DNA of 64,000 nucleotides from Candidatus Aegiribacteria sp. (GTDB taxonomy: Bacteria; Fermentibacterota; Fermentibacteria; Fermentibacterales; JCC-6). The DNA lies in contig JAUVLV010000002.1 in the NCBI GenBank assembly GCA_030600545.1, positions 241-64,240 on the forward strand. The letters run 5' to 3'. Position numbers and translations under genes: made by a program. Below the pieces are notes generated by a model. The model had not been told where the DNA came from and made no database searches. It saw nothing but the letters and a program-made list of their open reading frames with translations. Each line of letters opens with the position of its first letter. The first letter of the stretch is position 1. Below, piece after piece: positions 26,630-36,807 of the stretch.

Positions 26630-28492
26630 TTGAGTTGTATAATTGGTATTGACTTGGGAACAACCAATTCCTGCATGTCAATATCCGAAGGTGGAAACGC
26701 TATTGTAATACAGACCGGCGAAGGACCAAGGGTCATGCCTTCTGTTGTTGCGTTCACGCCTGCGGGAGACAAGCTGGTTGGCATTGTTGCCAAGAGACAG
26801 GCGATAACTAATCCCAAAGACACAATAACAAGCATTAAAAGGCTTATGGGAAGAAAGTACGAGGAGCTTGAAAAGGAAACTTTCAACGTATCCTACGACA
26901 TAATTCCAAACGACAAAGGTGACGCCGTTGTAAAGATCGGAGACGGCAGAACTTTTTCTCCCCAGGAGATATCCTCGATGATACTTCAGAAGATGAAATA
27001 CCGGGCAGAGGAATACCTTGGTGAGGAAGTAACCGATGTTGTTGTGACAGTACCCGCCCATTTCAATGAAATACAGAGAAAGGCAACAAAGGCCGCATGT
27101 ACAATTGCGGGTTTGAACGTGAAGCGCGTGCTTAATGAACCTACCGCAGCGGCGCTTGCATTCACCGATGCTGTCGAACGCAGAAAAATAGCTGTTTTTG
27201 ATTTTGGAGGCGGTACTTTCGATATAAGTGTTCTGCAGGTAGTGAACGGGATTTTCGAAGTTAAAGCAACTACTGGAAACACGCAGCTGGGTGGAGATGA
27301 TTTTGATGCGTGCCTGGTAGACTGGATCATGGACGAGTTCAAACGGGAGAAGGGCATCGACCTCAGGGAAGATCCCGTCGCGCCCCAGAGGGTTCGTGAA
27401 GCGGCTGAAAGAGCCAAATGTGAGCTCTCAACAGCGCTGGAAACTTCAATTAACCTTCCATTTATTGCCTCGAGTGATCAGGGGCCTGTACATCTTGAGA
27501 TGTCAATCACCAGGGGCATTTTCGAAGGACTCATCAGGGATATGGTTGAAAGCACCAGGCCACTATGTAAGCAGGTTCTGAAGGATGCCGGCATTACACA
27601 TGAAGACCTCGAGACAGTCGTTCTCGTAGGCGGATCCACCAGAATACCTATGGTCAGGCAGCTTGTTGAAGAAGCCTTTCTCCAGGAACCGGTTCACAGC
27701 GTGAATCCCGATGAGGTAGTAGCTATGGGTGCCGCAATAGCTGGATCCGTAGTATCCGGCCAGAGGAAGGATCTTGTCCTTCTCGATGTAACCTCACTTA
27801 CAATGGGGGTAGAGACCCTTGGTGGTGTTATGGCGCCGATAATAGCAAAGAACAGTCCATTGCCGATAAAAAGAAGTAAGATGTTCACCACAGCGGTTGA
27901 CAATCAGCAGGTAGTAGGCATTCATGTACTTCAGGGTGAGAGGGACCTCGCCGAAGATAACAGAAGTCTCGCAAGGTTTGAACTTGTCGGTATCAACCCT
28001 GCGCCAAGGGGTGTTCCCAGGGTAGAAGTATCATTCTCAATCGACGCCAACGGAATTCTTTTTGTTAACGCAAAAGATGCGGTTACCGGCAAACACCAGG
28101 AGATGACAGTCAACCCCAGTGGTGGACTCTCAGATGAAGATATCCGTGAACTTATACGTGATGCGAGGCAGAGCAGGGAATCCGACCGAGACAGGATAAA
28201 GCTGATCGAAAACCGGAATGTTGCCGATCAGTTAATATACGAGGCAACTAAGATGATCAAGACAAGCAGTGACAGACTTGACAGGGAATCCAGGGAAGAT
28301 CTCGAATCAGCTCTCAGTGAATTGAGAACTGCCCGTGACGGTACCGATATAGTCTCCATTGAGAAAGCCGAAAAGAATCTGTCTATAGTAATGCATACAG
28401 TACGCAACATAATGAATATGGTTGATACTCTTGATGAGAAAGACAGTTCTACCGACGTGAGCACACTCGATCAGGAGAACGGTATCAACTGA
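26630..28492 (+). CDS. dnaK: Molecular chaperone DnaK (Hsp70)
   Basis: The Hsp70 signatures are IIGIDLGTTNSC, VFDFGGGTFDISVL and VVLVGGSTRIPMV. It starts at TTG, preceded by AAGGAGGG. Confidence 0.95.
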   Translation: MSCIIGIDLGTTNSCMSISEGGNAIVIQTGEGPRVMPSVVAFTPAGDKLVGIVAKRQAITNPKDTITSIKRLMGRKYEELEKETFNVSYDIIPNDKGDAVVKIGDGRTFSPQEISSMILQKMKYRAEEYLGEEVTDVVVTVPAHFNEIQRKATKAACTIAGLNVKRVLNEPTAAALAFTDAVERRKIAVFDFGGGTFDISVLQVVNGIFEVKATTGNTQLGGDDFDACLVDWIMDEFKREKGIDLREDPVAPQRVREAAERAKCELSTALETSINLPFIASSDQGPVHLEMSITRGIFEGLIRDMVESTRPLCKQVLKDAGITHEDLETVVLVGGSTRIPMVRQLVEEAFLQEPVHSVNPDEVVAMGAAIAGSVVSGQRKDLVLLDVTSLTMGVETLGGVMAPIIAKNSPLPIKRSKMFTTAVDNQQVVGIHVLQGERDLAEDNRSLARFELVGINPAPRGVPRVEVSFSIDANGILFVNAKDAVTGKHQEMTVNPSGGLSDEDIRELIRDARQSRESDRDRIKLIENRNVADQLIYEATKMIKTSSDRLDRESREDLESALSELRTARDGTDIVSIEKAEKNLSIVMHTVRNIMNMVDTLDEKDSSTDVSTLDQENGIN

Positions 28493-28564
28493 CAGGTTTG
28501 CCACTGAAGCGTTGCATTCTCCATAAGAAGCAATTCCTTACTATATTTCTGTTTCGGAAATTGA

Positions 28565-28657
28565 ATGAGTAAATTTGATGAGGATGAGTCATATGCGTCA
28601 GTCCGGCAGTTAGCAGATGAAGAACCGATTGTGAACTCTATTACGGATGTGATTTGA
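28565..28657 (+). CDS. Candidate 30-codon upstream ORF (MSKFDEDESYASVRQLADEEPIVNSITDVI) coupled to dnaJ
   Basis: This is my own translation. Its TGA (28655-28657) shares one nt with the dnaJ ATG (28657-28659). The SD is weak (GGAAA) and I have no homology information. Confidence 0.2.
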   Translation: MSKFDEDESYASVRQLADEEPIVNSITDVI

Positions 28658-29718
28658 TGAGTAGTAATCCATACGAAATTCTTGGTGTTGGAAGGGAAGA
28701 TGATCATGCGACAATTAAAAGCGCATACAGAAAGCTCGCCCTGAAATACCATCCTGACAGAAACCCCGGAGACAGGGCAGCGGAGGAAAAATTCAAGGAA
28801 ATAACCCAGGCTTACGAGATCCTCAGCGATCCCGGCAAAAGGGATAGATTCGATAGAACGGGTTCAGTGGATGGAATGCCGGACATGTCCGATATCTTCG
28901 GCGGATTCGGAATGGATGATGCCCTCAGAGCCTTTCAGGATATTTTCGGGTTTGGTCAGTCAAGAGAAACTTCCACAGGTGGGGATACTGTCATCGATAT
29001 TGAGCTGGATCTGAACGAAGTAGCATTGGGCAGCTCCCGCGAATTGAAAATTGAAAGGAATGAGCATTGCAGATTCTGCGATGGAACTGGAGCAGATCCC
29101 TCCGAAGGATTAAAACAGTGTACCAGGTGCGGTGGGCATGGAAGGATAAGAACAGTCAGAAGAACACTCCTGGGAGCAATGCAGTCTGTTTCGATCTGTC
29201 CTTCCTGCAACGGCAGAGGTAAGATCCCCGTGAAAGTCTGTCCAAAGTGCCTGGGGTCAAAGCTTGAATCCAGGGGAAGGACGATCTCAGTAGATATTCC
29301 CGCAGGGATTACCGAGGGGCACTTCATAAGGCTCAGGGGACAGGGACATTTTCCCGGAGATAACGGTCCTCCAGGAGATGCTATTATGAGGATAAAGAAT
29401 ATCGATTACGGAGAGTTTCATCGTGATGGTTACGATCTTATTTACAGAACCATAGTATCTTTCCCCGATGCAGCCCTGGGTACTGAGATTACCATTCCCG
29501 CCATAGAGGAAGAAACAGTGAATATTTCTATTCCATCGGGAGTACAGCCGGGTGAAAGGCTTGTTCTGAAAAGAAAAGGGATAAAGAAACTGAAGGGATT
29601 CGGAAGAGGTGACATTGTCGTGATCGCCGATGTATACGTCCCGAAAAAGCTTTCAAGAAAGGAGAAAAAAGCACTGGAGGAGCTTGGTGAATCAGACCAT
29701 TTCATCCCCTCATCATAG
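28657..29718 (+). CDS. dnaJ: Molecular chaperone DnaJ
   Basis: The J domain is NPYEILGV...YRKLALKYHPDRNPGD. Four CxxCxGxG zinc-finger repeats are present (CRFCDGTG, CTRCGGHG, CPSCNGRG, CPKCLGS). An in-frame TTG at 28654 is an alternative start. Confidence 0.9.
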   Translation: MSSNPYEILGVGREDDHATIKSAYRKLALKYHPDRNPGDRAAEEKFKEITQAYEILSDPGKRDRFDRTGSVDGMPDMSDIFGGFGMDDALRAFQDIFGFGQSRETSTGGDTVIDIELDLNEVALGSSRELKIERNEHCRFCDGTGADPSEGLKQCTRCGGHGRIRTVRRTLLGAMQSVSICPSCNGRGKIPVKVCPKCLGSKLESRGRTISVDIPAGITEGHFIRLRGQGHFPGDNGPPGDAIMRIKNIDYGEFHRDGYDLIYRTIVSFPDAALGTEITIPAIEEETVNISIPSGVQPGERLVLKRKGIKKLKGFGRGDIVVIADVYVPKKLSRKEKKALEELGESDHFIPSS

Positions 29719-29738
29719 TTGCTGCAGGCTTTTTTACC

Positions 29739-32075
29739 ATGACCAATTCCCTTATTCGCCTGGAATTTCAGAAGGTTCTTAAGAATATCGCTGTAAGAAC
29801 TGCAAGCGGGGCAGGAGAAGCAGAGGTTCTATTACTTACACCTGGCTGGCTGAGGGAAACAGCCGATGAGCTTCAGCGGGAAACGGAAGCAGCGGCCGCA
29901 TTGTTCGATAACGGTATCATTATTCCCGCAGGCGGTAACGACAATCTCCATCAAGTCTGTGACCTTCTTGATAATGGCGTAATCGTACTTGAACCCATTC
30001 ACCTGAGAACAACCGGTTCCATACTTGCCGATCTTGATCGATTTATACAGTCCGTTGATTCCTCCAGGGATGAAGCGGTTGATTATTCAGCTCTTGAGAA
30101 ATACCTTCAGCGGATTCCACGGCTGCGGGAATTGTCAGACAGGCTTATTTCAATAACTACACCGGATGGAGAAATTTCTCCAGACGCGTCGAAGGAACTC
30201 TACAGACTCGTAAGACAGGTCGACAGACTCAAGAGGAAACTGTCAAAGAGGATCGATAAAATTTCATCATCCCTTTCCAGCAGGAACGTACTTAGAGATA
30301 TGCCACCTACGTTAAGAGACGGCCGGTACGTTCTTCCAGTTATCTCTTCAAGAAAAAATGATGTCCGCGGAATCGTTCATGACCGATCGGAAAGCGGCGA
30401 AACCATCTTCATTGAACCGTCTGTACTTGTAGAAGACGGCAATGCCCTCAGAGAAGCGTCGTTGGATCTTGATTACGAGAAGCGGAGAATTATCAAGGAG
30501 GCGTCACTTCAGATCAGGGAACACCTTGATTCCCTGAAACAGTGTTTTGACGCGTCGGCATCACTGGACGCTATTTTCGCAAGGGCTTCTTTCCATAAAG
30601 AATACGGAACGGTTTTCCCTTCCAGAGGCAGCCTTTCGCTTGTCAATCTAAGACACCCTCTGATACCTGAGAAAGAAGTTGTCAGGAATAGTATTGTAAT
30701 GCCTGAAGACTGGAGGGTACTTATCGTGAGCGGACCCAACGCCGGAGGGAAAAGTGTTCTACTCAAGGCAGTGGGACTGGCCATCGTTACATCACAGTCA
30801 GGAATAGGTTCCTGTGCGGATGCGGAGTCCACTCTGCCATTCTTTGACAGGATTCATGTTTCCATCGGAGACCAGCAGTCGATAGCCCAGCATCAGAGCA
30901 CATATTCAGCACGTCTGCTTGAACAGCTTGAAATGCTCAATGCACCCGGCGAAAGCTCACTTGCCCTTATCGATGAACCTGCTGCCGGTACGGATCCCCT
31001 TACGGGCGCTGCCCTTGCGGCTTCGGTTCTGGAGCATCTTGCGGGATCCGGCTGCAGGCTTATTGTCACTACCCATCAGGGACAGCTTAAGAGTTTTGCA
31101 CAGGGAAGATCCGGGTTCTACAACGGATGTATGAATTTTCAAAGCGATTCGCTGCAGCCGGATTACTCATTTATCGCGGGAATACCAGGATCTTCGTTTA
31201 CCCTTGAAATAGCAAAAAGGATGTGTTTTCCGGATACTGTTCTCGAAAGGGCTCAGGAGTTATCCGGTGATTCCTTCAAGCTGGACAGAATGCTTGAAGA
31301 GGTTACTTCCGCAAGGAAGGAAGTTCAGATCCAGCTGGAAAATCTTGAAAAAGAACGTGAGGAAAACAGAAAATCGCTGGAGAGGGAGGAAGCTGAACTG
31401 AAAAAGGCCAGAGACGATCTGCTGACTCAGAGGGGAAAGATCGAGAAGGACTATCAGGAAATAGAGCGCAGCGTTAATTCCAGAGCTGATTCACTTCTGG
31501 CCAGACTTGCGAAAACCGAATCCGCTGAAGAACGAAAGGAACTCAGGGCGGAGGTTCGCGTGATTTCAAGGATATCACATGATCAGAGGAAGGTATCTGC
31601 CATTGACAATAAGCCTGCTGATGGGGATATAGAGCCCGGTGACTGGGTCATCGTAAAGGGATGGAGCGGATGCGGAAAGGTTGAGGAAACCGGTAAGGAC
31701 CAGGCTTCGGTGATCCTTGGTAATCTCAGGCTTAGAAAACCCCTTTGCGACCTTGAAAAAGTACCCGCCCCCGATGAGAAACCCTCATCCGCAGGATGGA
31801 GCGTTCCGGTTGAAGCTGAAACCGAGCTGGATCTGAGAGGTATGTCCGCCGATGAGGCTCTTGCCGAGCTTGACCGTGCTCTTGATGATGGAATCGTCGC
31901 AAGTATTCCCTTTATTAATGTTATACACGGCAAGGGAAAGGGCATATTGATGAAGGCGGTTGTTGATATGGTCCGTAGCGACGGAAGGGTAGCAGACTTC
32001 AGGCAGGGAAAACCCTCAGAAGGAGGAACTGGAGTAACAATTGTATCCCTTCATCCACCTGAGAAGAAATCCTGA
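29739..32075 (+). CDS. mutS2: Endonuclease MutS2 (MutS domain V ATPase plus C-terminal Smr)
   Basis: It has a Walker A (VSGPNAGGKS), a Walker B (LIDEPAAGTDP), a coiled-coil linker and a Smr domain (LDLRGMSADEALAELD...VIHGKGKGIL). Confidence 0.85.
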   Translation: MTNSLIRLEFQKVLKNIAVRTASGAGEAEVLLLTPGWLRETADELQRETEAAAALFDNGIIIPAGGNDNLHQVCDLLDNGVIVLEPIHLRTTGSILADLDRFIQSVDSSRDEAVDYSALEKYLQRIPRLRELSDRLISITTPDGEISPDASKELYRLVRQVDRLKRKLSKRIDKISSSLSSRNVLRDMPPTLRDGRYVLPVISSRKNDVRGIVHDRSESGETIFIEPSVLVEDGNALREASLDLDYEKRRIIKEASLQIREHLDSLKQCFDASASLDAIFARASFHKEYGTVFPSRGSLSLVNLRHPLIPEKEVVRNSIVMPEDWRVLIVSGPNAGGKSVLLKAVGLAIVTSQSGIGSCADAESTLPFFDRIHVSIGDQQSIAQHQSTYSARLLEQLEMLNAPGESSLALIDEPAAGTDPLTGAALAASVLEHLAGSGCRLIVTTHQGQLKSFAQGRSGFYNGCMNFQSDSLQPDYSFIAGIPGSSFTLEIAKRMCFPDTVLERAQELSGDSFKLDRMLEEVTSARKEVQIQLENLEKEREENRKSLEREEAELKKARDDLLTQRGKIEKDYQEIERSVNSRADSLLARLAKTESAEERKELRAEVRVISRISHDQRKVSAIDNKPADGDIEPGDWVIVKGWSGCGKVEETGKDQASVILGNLRLRKPLCDLEKVPAPDEKPSSAGWSVPVEAETELDLRGMSADEALAELDRALDDGIVASIPFINVIHGKGKGILMKAVVDMVRSDGRVADFRQGKPSEGGTGVTIVSLHPPEKKS

Positions 32076-33817
32076 TGAGTGGAAACATCGGTTATTTCTC
32101 GAACGAGTCCGTCGAGCGTGTAAGAGCATCAACAGATATTGTTTCAATAATCGGCAGATATGTCAATCTTAAAAGATCCGGAAGAAGCATAAAGGGATTG
32201 TGTCCTTTTCATAAGGAAAAGACCCCTTCCTTTTTTGTTTCCCCTGAGAGGCAGATGTACCATTGTTTCGGGTGTGGTGCAGGAGGAGACGTATTCTCCT
32301 TTCTTATGAATTACCTGAGCTTCTCCTTTACTGAAGCTGTGGAAGAGCTTGCGTCGGAAGCCAGTATCAAGCTTGAAAGAACCGGCAGGGACACAACAAG
32401 AACCGACGTATTCAGGGAGATAGTTGCCCAGGCCCAGAGTTATTACAGGAAGCAGTTCAGGGGAAATGCAGGAGCAGCTGCAAGGGATTACCTGGAGAGG
32501 CGGAAACTGTCTGAGAAGACCGTTGAAAAGCTGGGTATTGGCTGGGCACCCCATGGAAACACTTTGTCCGCTCATCTGCGCGAAGAGGGATATTCGGAGA
32601 GCCAGCTTATCGAATCCGGTATGGTACTGAGATCCACCCAGGGCAGCGGGGTCTACGATAGATTCAGAGACAGAATACTGTTCCCGATCTCCGACAGAAG
32701 AGGCAGAGTAATAAGTTTCGGTGGCAGGCTGATCGAAGAATCCTCAACCGGGGCTCCAAAATACATGAACGGCCCCGATTCACCGATTTACAGAAAAGGT
32801 GATTACCTTTACGGTTACAGGAATGCCGCAAAAGCATCCAGAGACCTGGATATGGTCATACTGGTCGAGGGTTATTTCGATCATGCCCGCTTTGTAGATG
32901 CTGGATTTGAATGCGCCGTAGCCACATGCGGAACAGCTATATCACCACCCCAGGCACGTCAGATAGGAGCTCTTGCTTCTTCAGTATTAGTCTGCTATGA
33001 CGGTGACAGCGCAGGGCAGAGGGCATCCGTTAGAGCCGCTGAAATTATTATGGAGCAGGGATACCTCCCGGAGATAATCGCCATTCCCCAGGGCCAGGAT
33101 CCCGATGATTACATACTTGAGAGGGGTGGGGAATCCGTACTTGAATTGATTGGCAGGGCAAATGATCCCATAAGGTATGCCCTCGAACTTCTCGGTGGCT
33201 GGTCTTCGGTTACGGATTCGGGAAAAAAGGTAAAGGTTGTGAAAAGACTCGTAGAGATCGCTTCCAGCGCCACTGAGCCCGTTATCAGGGAAACAATGCT
33301 TAAAGTTGTTTCGGAGGAGACAGGCTACTCTATGAAGACACTTGAGCTTGAAATCCGGGAAGAGGACAGTAAAATCAGAAAACCTGCAGAAAGAAAATTG
33401 AAAGGTACAGAACTGAACAGATGGGACAGCAGAATACTGGGTTTAATTCTTCTCTCCCGGGAGGGATTGTCGAGTCCGATGGTTGATTTCATTCTGAAGG
33501 ATGATCTGCACAGCGAATCGGGAGCAAGAATATTCAATGAAATCAAAAGACAGGCCGATTCTGGAATGAAGTTCTTTCAGCTTTCACATCTTGAGGATAA
33601 TGACAGTTCTATATGTGCCAGATTGCTGACGGTTTATCCGGAACAGACCGATCAAGCTGACAGCGAGAGGCTGATGAAAGCTGTAGAAAAGGACAGGCTT
33701 CGGAGGGAGCGTAAACAGCTTAAATCGCAGCTGATCGCAGCGGAGGACGAAGAGAGTAAGGAACTGCAGCGCAGGATTAGAGAGATAGAAAAAATAGAAA
33801 AAAAGTACTACAAATAA
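32075..33817 (+). CDS. dnaG: DNA primase
   Basis: The zinc-binding motif is CPFHKEKTPSFFVSPERQMYHCFGCGAGGDVFSF. A TOPRIM region follows (ILVEGYFD ... CYDGDSAG). Confidence 0.9.
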   Translation: MSGNIGYFSNESVERVRASTDIVSIIGRYVNLKRSGRSIKGLCPFHKEKTPSFFVSPERQMYHCFGCGAGGDVFSFLMNYLSFSFTEAVEELASEASIKLERTGRDTTRTDVFREIVAQAQSYYRKQFRGNAGAAARDYLERRKLSEKTVEKLGIGWAPHGNTLSAHLREEGYSESQLIESGMVLRSTQGSGVYDRFRDRILFPISDRRGRVISFGGRLIEESSTGAPKYMNGPDSPIYRKGDYLYGYRNAAKASRDLDMVILVEGYFDHARFVDAGFECAVATCGTAISPPQARQIGALASSVLVCYDGDSAGQRASVRAAEIIMEQGYLPEIIAIPQGQDPDDYILERGGESVLELIGRANDPIRYALELLGGWSSVTDSGKKVKVVKRLVEIASSATEPVIRETMLKVVSEETGYSMKTLELEIREEDSKIRKPAERKLKGTELNRWDSRILGLILLSREGLSSPMVDFILKDDLHSESGARIFNEIKRQADSGMKFFQLSHLEDNDSSICARLLTVYPEQTDQADSERLMKAVEKDRLRRERKQLKSQLIAAEDEESKELQRRIREIEKIEKKYYK

Positions 33818-33890
33818 GGGAGTTCCTATTTCCGCTTACCGCAGAAACCTTGACTGTACATCAAGCACTATTTTCTTCCGGGAGCTTGAC

Positions 33891-35216
33891 GTGGTATCTC
33901 CCATGTCAGAGGAGGAGGAAAGAGAACTGGTAGAAGTGCAGGAAAAGGAAAGGTTCAATATGCTTGAATCGATCCTCTCGGTTAAGCTTGGCCGCCATAT
34001 GTTCTTCGAACCGTTCCGGAAGCTGTTGGATGGAAGTATCCCCGGGAGGAAAATGATCGATGAGTCCTACTGGTCTGTCATCAACGACCTTCTACCGGAG
34101 CCCAGAAAAAATGAACTCAGTGCAATTCTAGGGAACATGAAAGATCGTTACCTTAATCGAGAATCGGTGCGTGATCTTCATCTTCTCTGGCATACTGTGG
34201 AGAACATTGGCATAGAGCTTTTTGAGGGAATCGAAGAATGCAGAAAGCTGGTCAGTCGCCGAAAAAGCCTTATGATCTTTGTGGAAGACGAGCTTGCTCC
34301 AGTTCTTACAGGGGCGCTCAACCATGAATCACTTCTGAAACCTGCCATGCTGAACAGTTACAGAGCATGGGTACTCCTTCCCCTCTTTTCATCTATCCAG
34401 AACGAACTGGATCTTTTAGAGGTCAGGACAGGTTCGGGCATTCACGAATACTCTATCGCCGAAAAACGTTTCCGGAAAGCATTCCTGAAAAACGCGGAGA
34501 TCCTTGATCGATTCGTTGAAGCGAATCTCAAGCTTGTGGTTTCCAAGGTTCGGAAATACTACCCATGCAGTATCATGGAGGAAATGGACCTTGTACAGGA
34601 AGGATGTCAGGGTCTTATGGAGGCCGTCAAACGTTTCGATTTCCGTCGTGGATGCAAACTTTCCACTTTCGCAGTATGGTGGATCAGGCAGTACATCATC
34701 AAGGCCATCATCAGACATTCCAGGCTTGTTCGAGTTCCGGCGTCAGTACAAAAAGAGGATTCTTCAATAAACAGAGCTATCGATGATTTTACAATTGAGA
34801 ATGGCCGGATGCCTTCTTCGGCAGAACTATCCGCATACATGGGCAAGGACAGGGACGAAATAGAACAGATATACCTTACTACGGCTCCCTCATTATCACT
34901 TGATCATACCAGTGAAGAGCATGACGCAACCATAGCGGATTTTCTGGAGGGCCGTTTTCAGCAGCCTGATGTGAAAGCTATGCATTCCGATACAAGGGAG
35001 AGGATCGATGCTGCGCTTACTTCCCTCTCCGACAGGGAAAAAACCATAATCACACTGCGCTTCGGACTTCTGGATGGTGAACCGTGTACTCTGCAGGAGC
35101 TTGGAAGAATATTCGGAATCAGCAGGGAAAGGGTCCGGCAACTGGAATACAGAGCCCTTTCCAAACTCAGGGGGCACGGTCTGCTTTCAACGCTATCAGA
35201 GAACGGAGATCTATGA
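33891..35216 (+). CDS. rpoD: RNA polymerase sigma-70 factor in the dnaG-rpoD position (441 aa)
   Basis: Region 2 is DLVQEGCQGLMEAVKRFDFRRGCKLSTFAVWWIRQYIIKAI. Region 4.2 is LQELGRIFGISRERVRQLEYRALSKLR. It starts at GTG, 6 nt after GGGAG. The N-terminal ~200 aa are not recognisable. Confidence 0.8.
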   Translation: MVSPMSEEEERELVEVQEKERFNMLESILSVKLGRHMFFEPFRKLLDGSIPGRKMIDESYWSVINDLLPEPRKNELSAILGNMKDRYLNRESVRDLHLLWHTVENIGIELFEGIEECRKLVSRRKSLMIFVEDELAPVLTGALNHESLLKPAMLNSYRAWVLLPLFSSIQNELDLLEVRTGSGIHEYSIAEKRFRKAFLKNAEILDRFVEANLKLVVSKVRKYYPCSIMEEMDLVQEGCQGLMEAVKRFDFRRGCKLSTFAVWWIRQYIIKAIIRHSRLVRVPASVQKEDSSINRAIDDFTIENGRMPSSAELSAYMGKDRDEIEQIYLTTAPSLSLDHTSEEHDATIADFLEGRFQQPDVKAMHSDTRERIDAALTSLSDREKTIITLRFGLLDGEPCTLQELGRIFGISRERVRQLEYRALSKLRGHGLLSTLSENGDL

Positions 35217-36040
35217 AAACCGCAGTATTGATTACTCTATCAGCAATTTTCGTCTGTTGCTGTTCAAGTGTAGATGACGGCAAACCGGATGATACCAGAT
35301 TTGTTGTGCTCGGTCCTTCTCTTGTGGAACTGATGTATGTTTCCGGCCTGGGAGATAGAATAGTTGGTGTAGACCGCTACTCTGACTGGCCGGAGCAGAC
35401 CGGAAGTCTGCCGCAGGTTGGCGGTTATATTGATCCCTCACTTGAGAAGATAGTTTCACTGAACCCTACATCGATTCATATTTCCGGAACCAGCGCAGTG
35501 CTCAGGGAACTCGCAGTAACGCTGGGGATACCATGTTACTCGTACCGTTTCGACACGCTGGAGGATGTTTTCAATTCCCTTGATTCTCTGGATGTCAGAT
35601 ACGGTGCTGACGCCGCTTATTTCAGGAGAGAACTTTCAGAGAAGCTGGACTCACTGAAAGCGGTAATGGAAAATGTGGCTCCCATATCCGCGATGATCGT
35701 GGTATACCATGAAAAGGGTTCATCCAGCATGACCGTTGCCGGAGAGAGTACTTTTTTCGCGGATCTGCTTGGTTCTGTCAACTGTGAAATATCGGCTCCC
35801 GGAACCGGCTGCTGGCCCATGATATCCGCAGAAGGTGTAATCGACCTGTCTCCGGATCATATTATCTGTTTGTATCCCGGAAGAACGGATACGGTTGATA
35901 TCACCGAGTCGGAGGATAGTTTCTTTGCAGATATTGGGTTTGAACCAGACCGGGTGCACTGTATTTTTGAACCATACATAATGATTCCCGGTGGAAGAAT
36001 AGGCAGAACAGCTGAAAGGATATGCTATTGCCTGCTCTGA
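35213..36040 (+). CDS. ABC transporter periplasmic binding lipoprotein (BtuF/FhuD-like, cobalamin or iron-chelate type)
   Basis: The lipoprotein signal is MKTAVLITLSAIFVCCCSS. The domain pattern RFVVLGPSLVELMYVSGLGDRIVGV follows. The start is an ATGA overlap with the rpoD stop, and the ORF-track extension upstream lies inside rpoD. Confidence 0.7.
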   Translation: MKTAVLITLSAIFVCCCSSVDDGKPDDTRFVVLGPSLVELMYVSGLGDRIVGVDRYSDWPEQTGSLPQVGGYIDPSLEKIVSLNPTSIHISGTSAVLRELAVTLGIPCYSYRFDTLEDVFNSLDSLDVRYGADAAYFRRELSEKLDSLKAVMENVAPISAMIVVYHEKGSSSMTVAGESTFFADLLGSVNCEISAPGTGCWPMISAEGVIDLSPDHIICLYPGRTDTVDITESEDSFFADIGFEPDRVHCIFEPYIMIPGGRIGRTAERICYCLL

Positions 36041-36807
36041 GTATCAATAACCTTAATGCAGGTTATGAAGGTAACAGGGTACTGTCGGACATCAACCTTT
36101 CTATTGTACCGGGGCAGATATGCGGGTTGATAGGCCCCAATGGTTCCGGGAAAAGCACGCTGCTCAGGAGCATTCTTCAGCTTGGAGTTGAAGTCTCGGG
36201 AGAAATACTCATATGCGACAGAATGCTGTCTTCCCTTTCGGACAACCAGAAGGCAAGGATGGTATCGTACCTTCCCCAGAACTTCAATCCCCTTTCCCGA
36301 TTGACCGTTGCCGAAACGGTACTTCTCGGAAGGCATCCCTACAGAAGCGGATGGTCGCAGGATTCCGGACAGGATCTTGAAACAGCCGAGAAATGCATGC
36401 TTGAAACGGATACGTGGGATCTTAGGAACAGAGTATTCTCGAATCTTTCAGGTGGAGAGAAACGGCTGGTATTGCTTGCATCAGCACTTGCACAGGAACC
36501 CGATCTTCTCCTTCTTGATGAACCGGGTTCGTCCCTTGATTTCAAGCATCAGCTTAACATGTGGCTGCTTTTAAGGAAACTTTCCCTGAGAGGTATTTCG
36601 GTTCTTGTCAGCACGCACGAGGTTGCGCTTTCCGGACGCTTCCTCGATTCAGTGCTTGTACTGTCCGAGGGAAAGTCCAGAGCATTCGGCAGCCCCACTG
36701 ATGTCTTTACAACCAGTATCCTGTCTGAAGTATTCGATGTTCATCTTCATGTTTCACAGGACGAAGAAACTCGATCCTGGGTAATCGTGCCGGAAATGGA
36801 ACAATGA
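36022..36807 (+). CDS. ABC transporter ATP-binding protein (FecE/BtuD-like)
   Basis: It has a Walker A (GPNGSGKSTLLR), the ABC signature (LSGGEKRLV) and a Walker B (LLLLDEP). Confidence 0.85.
   Translation: MLLPALSINNLNAGYEGNRVLSDINLSIVPGQICGLIGPNGSGKSTLLRSILQLGVEVSGEILICDRMLSSLSDNQKARMVSYLPQNFNPLSRLTVAETVLLGRHPYRSGWSQDSGQDLETAEKCMLETDTWDLRNRVFSNLSGGEKRLVLLASALAQEPDLLLLDEPGSSLDFKHQLNMWLLLRKLSLRGISVLVSTHEVALSGRFLDSVLVLSEGKSRAFGSPTDVFTTSILSEVFDVHLHVSQDEETRSWVIVPEMEQ

Noticed and set aside
35084-35212. ORF-track 5' extensions that run into the preceding gene. They occur here and at 25364-25402, 41005-41073, 43852-44091, 50188-50277, 53626-53694, 60294-60329 and 63432-63512.
   Set aside because: In each case an internal start with an SD, or an ATGA/TAATG coupling, gives a product that begins at the expected family N-terminus or signal peptide. 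The extensions overlap well-supported upstream coding sequence.
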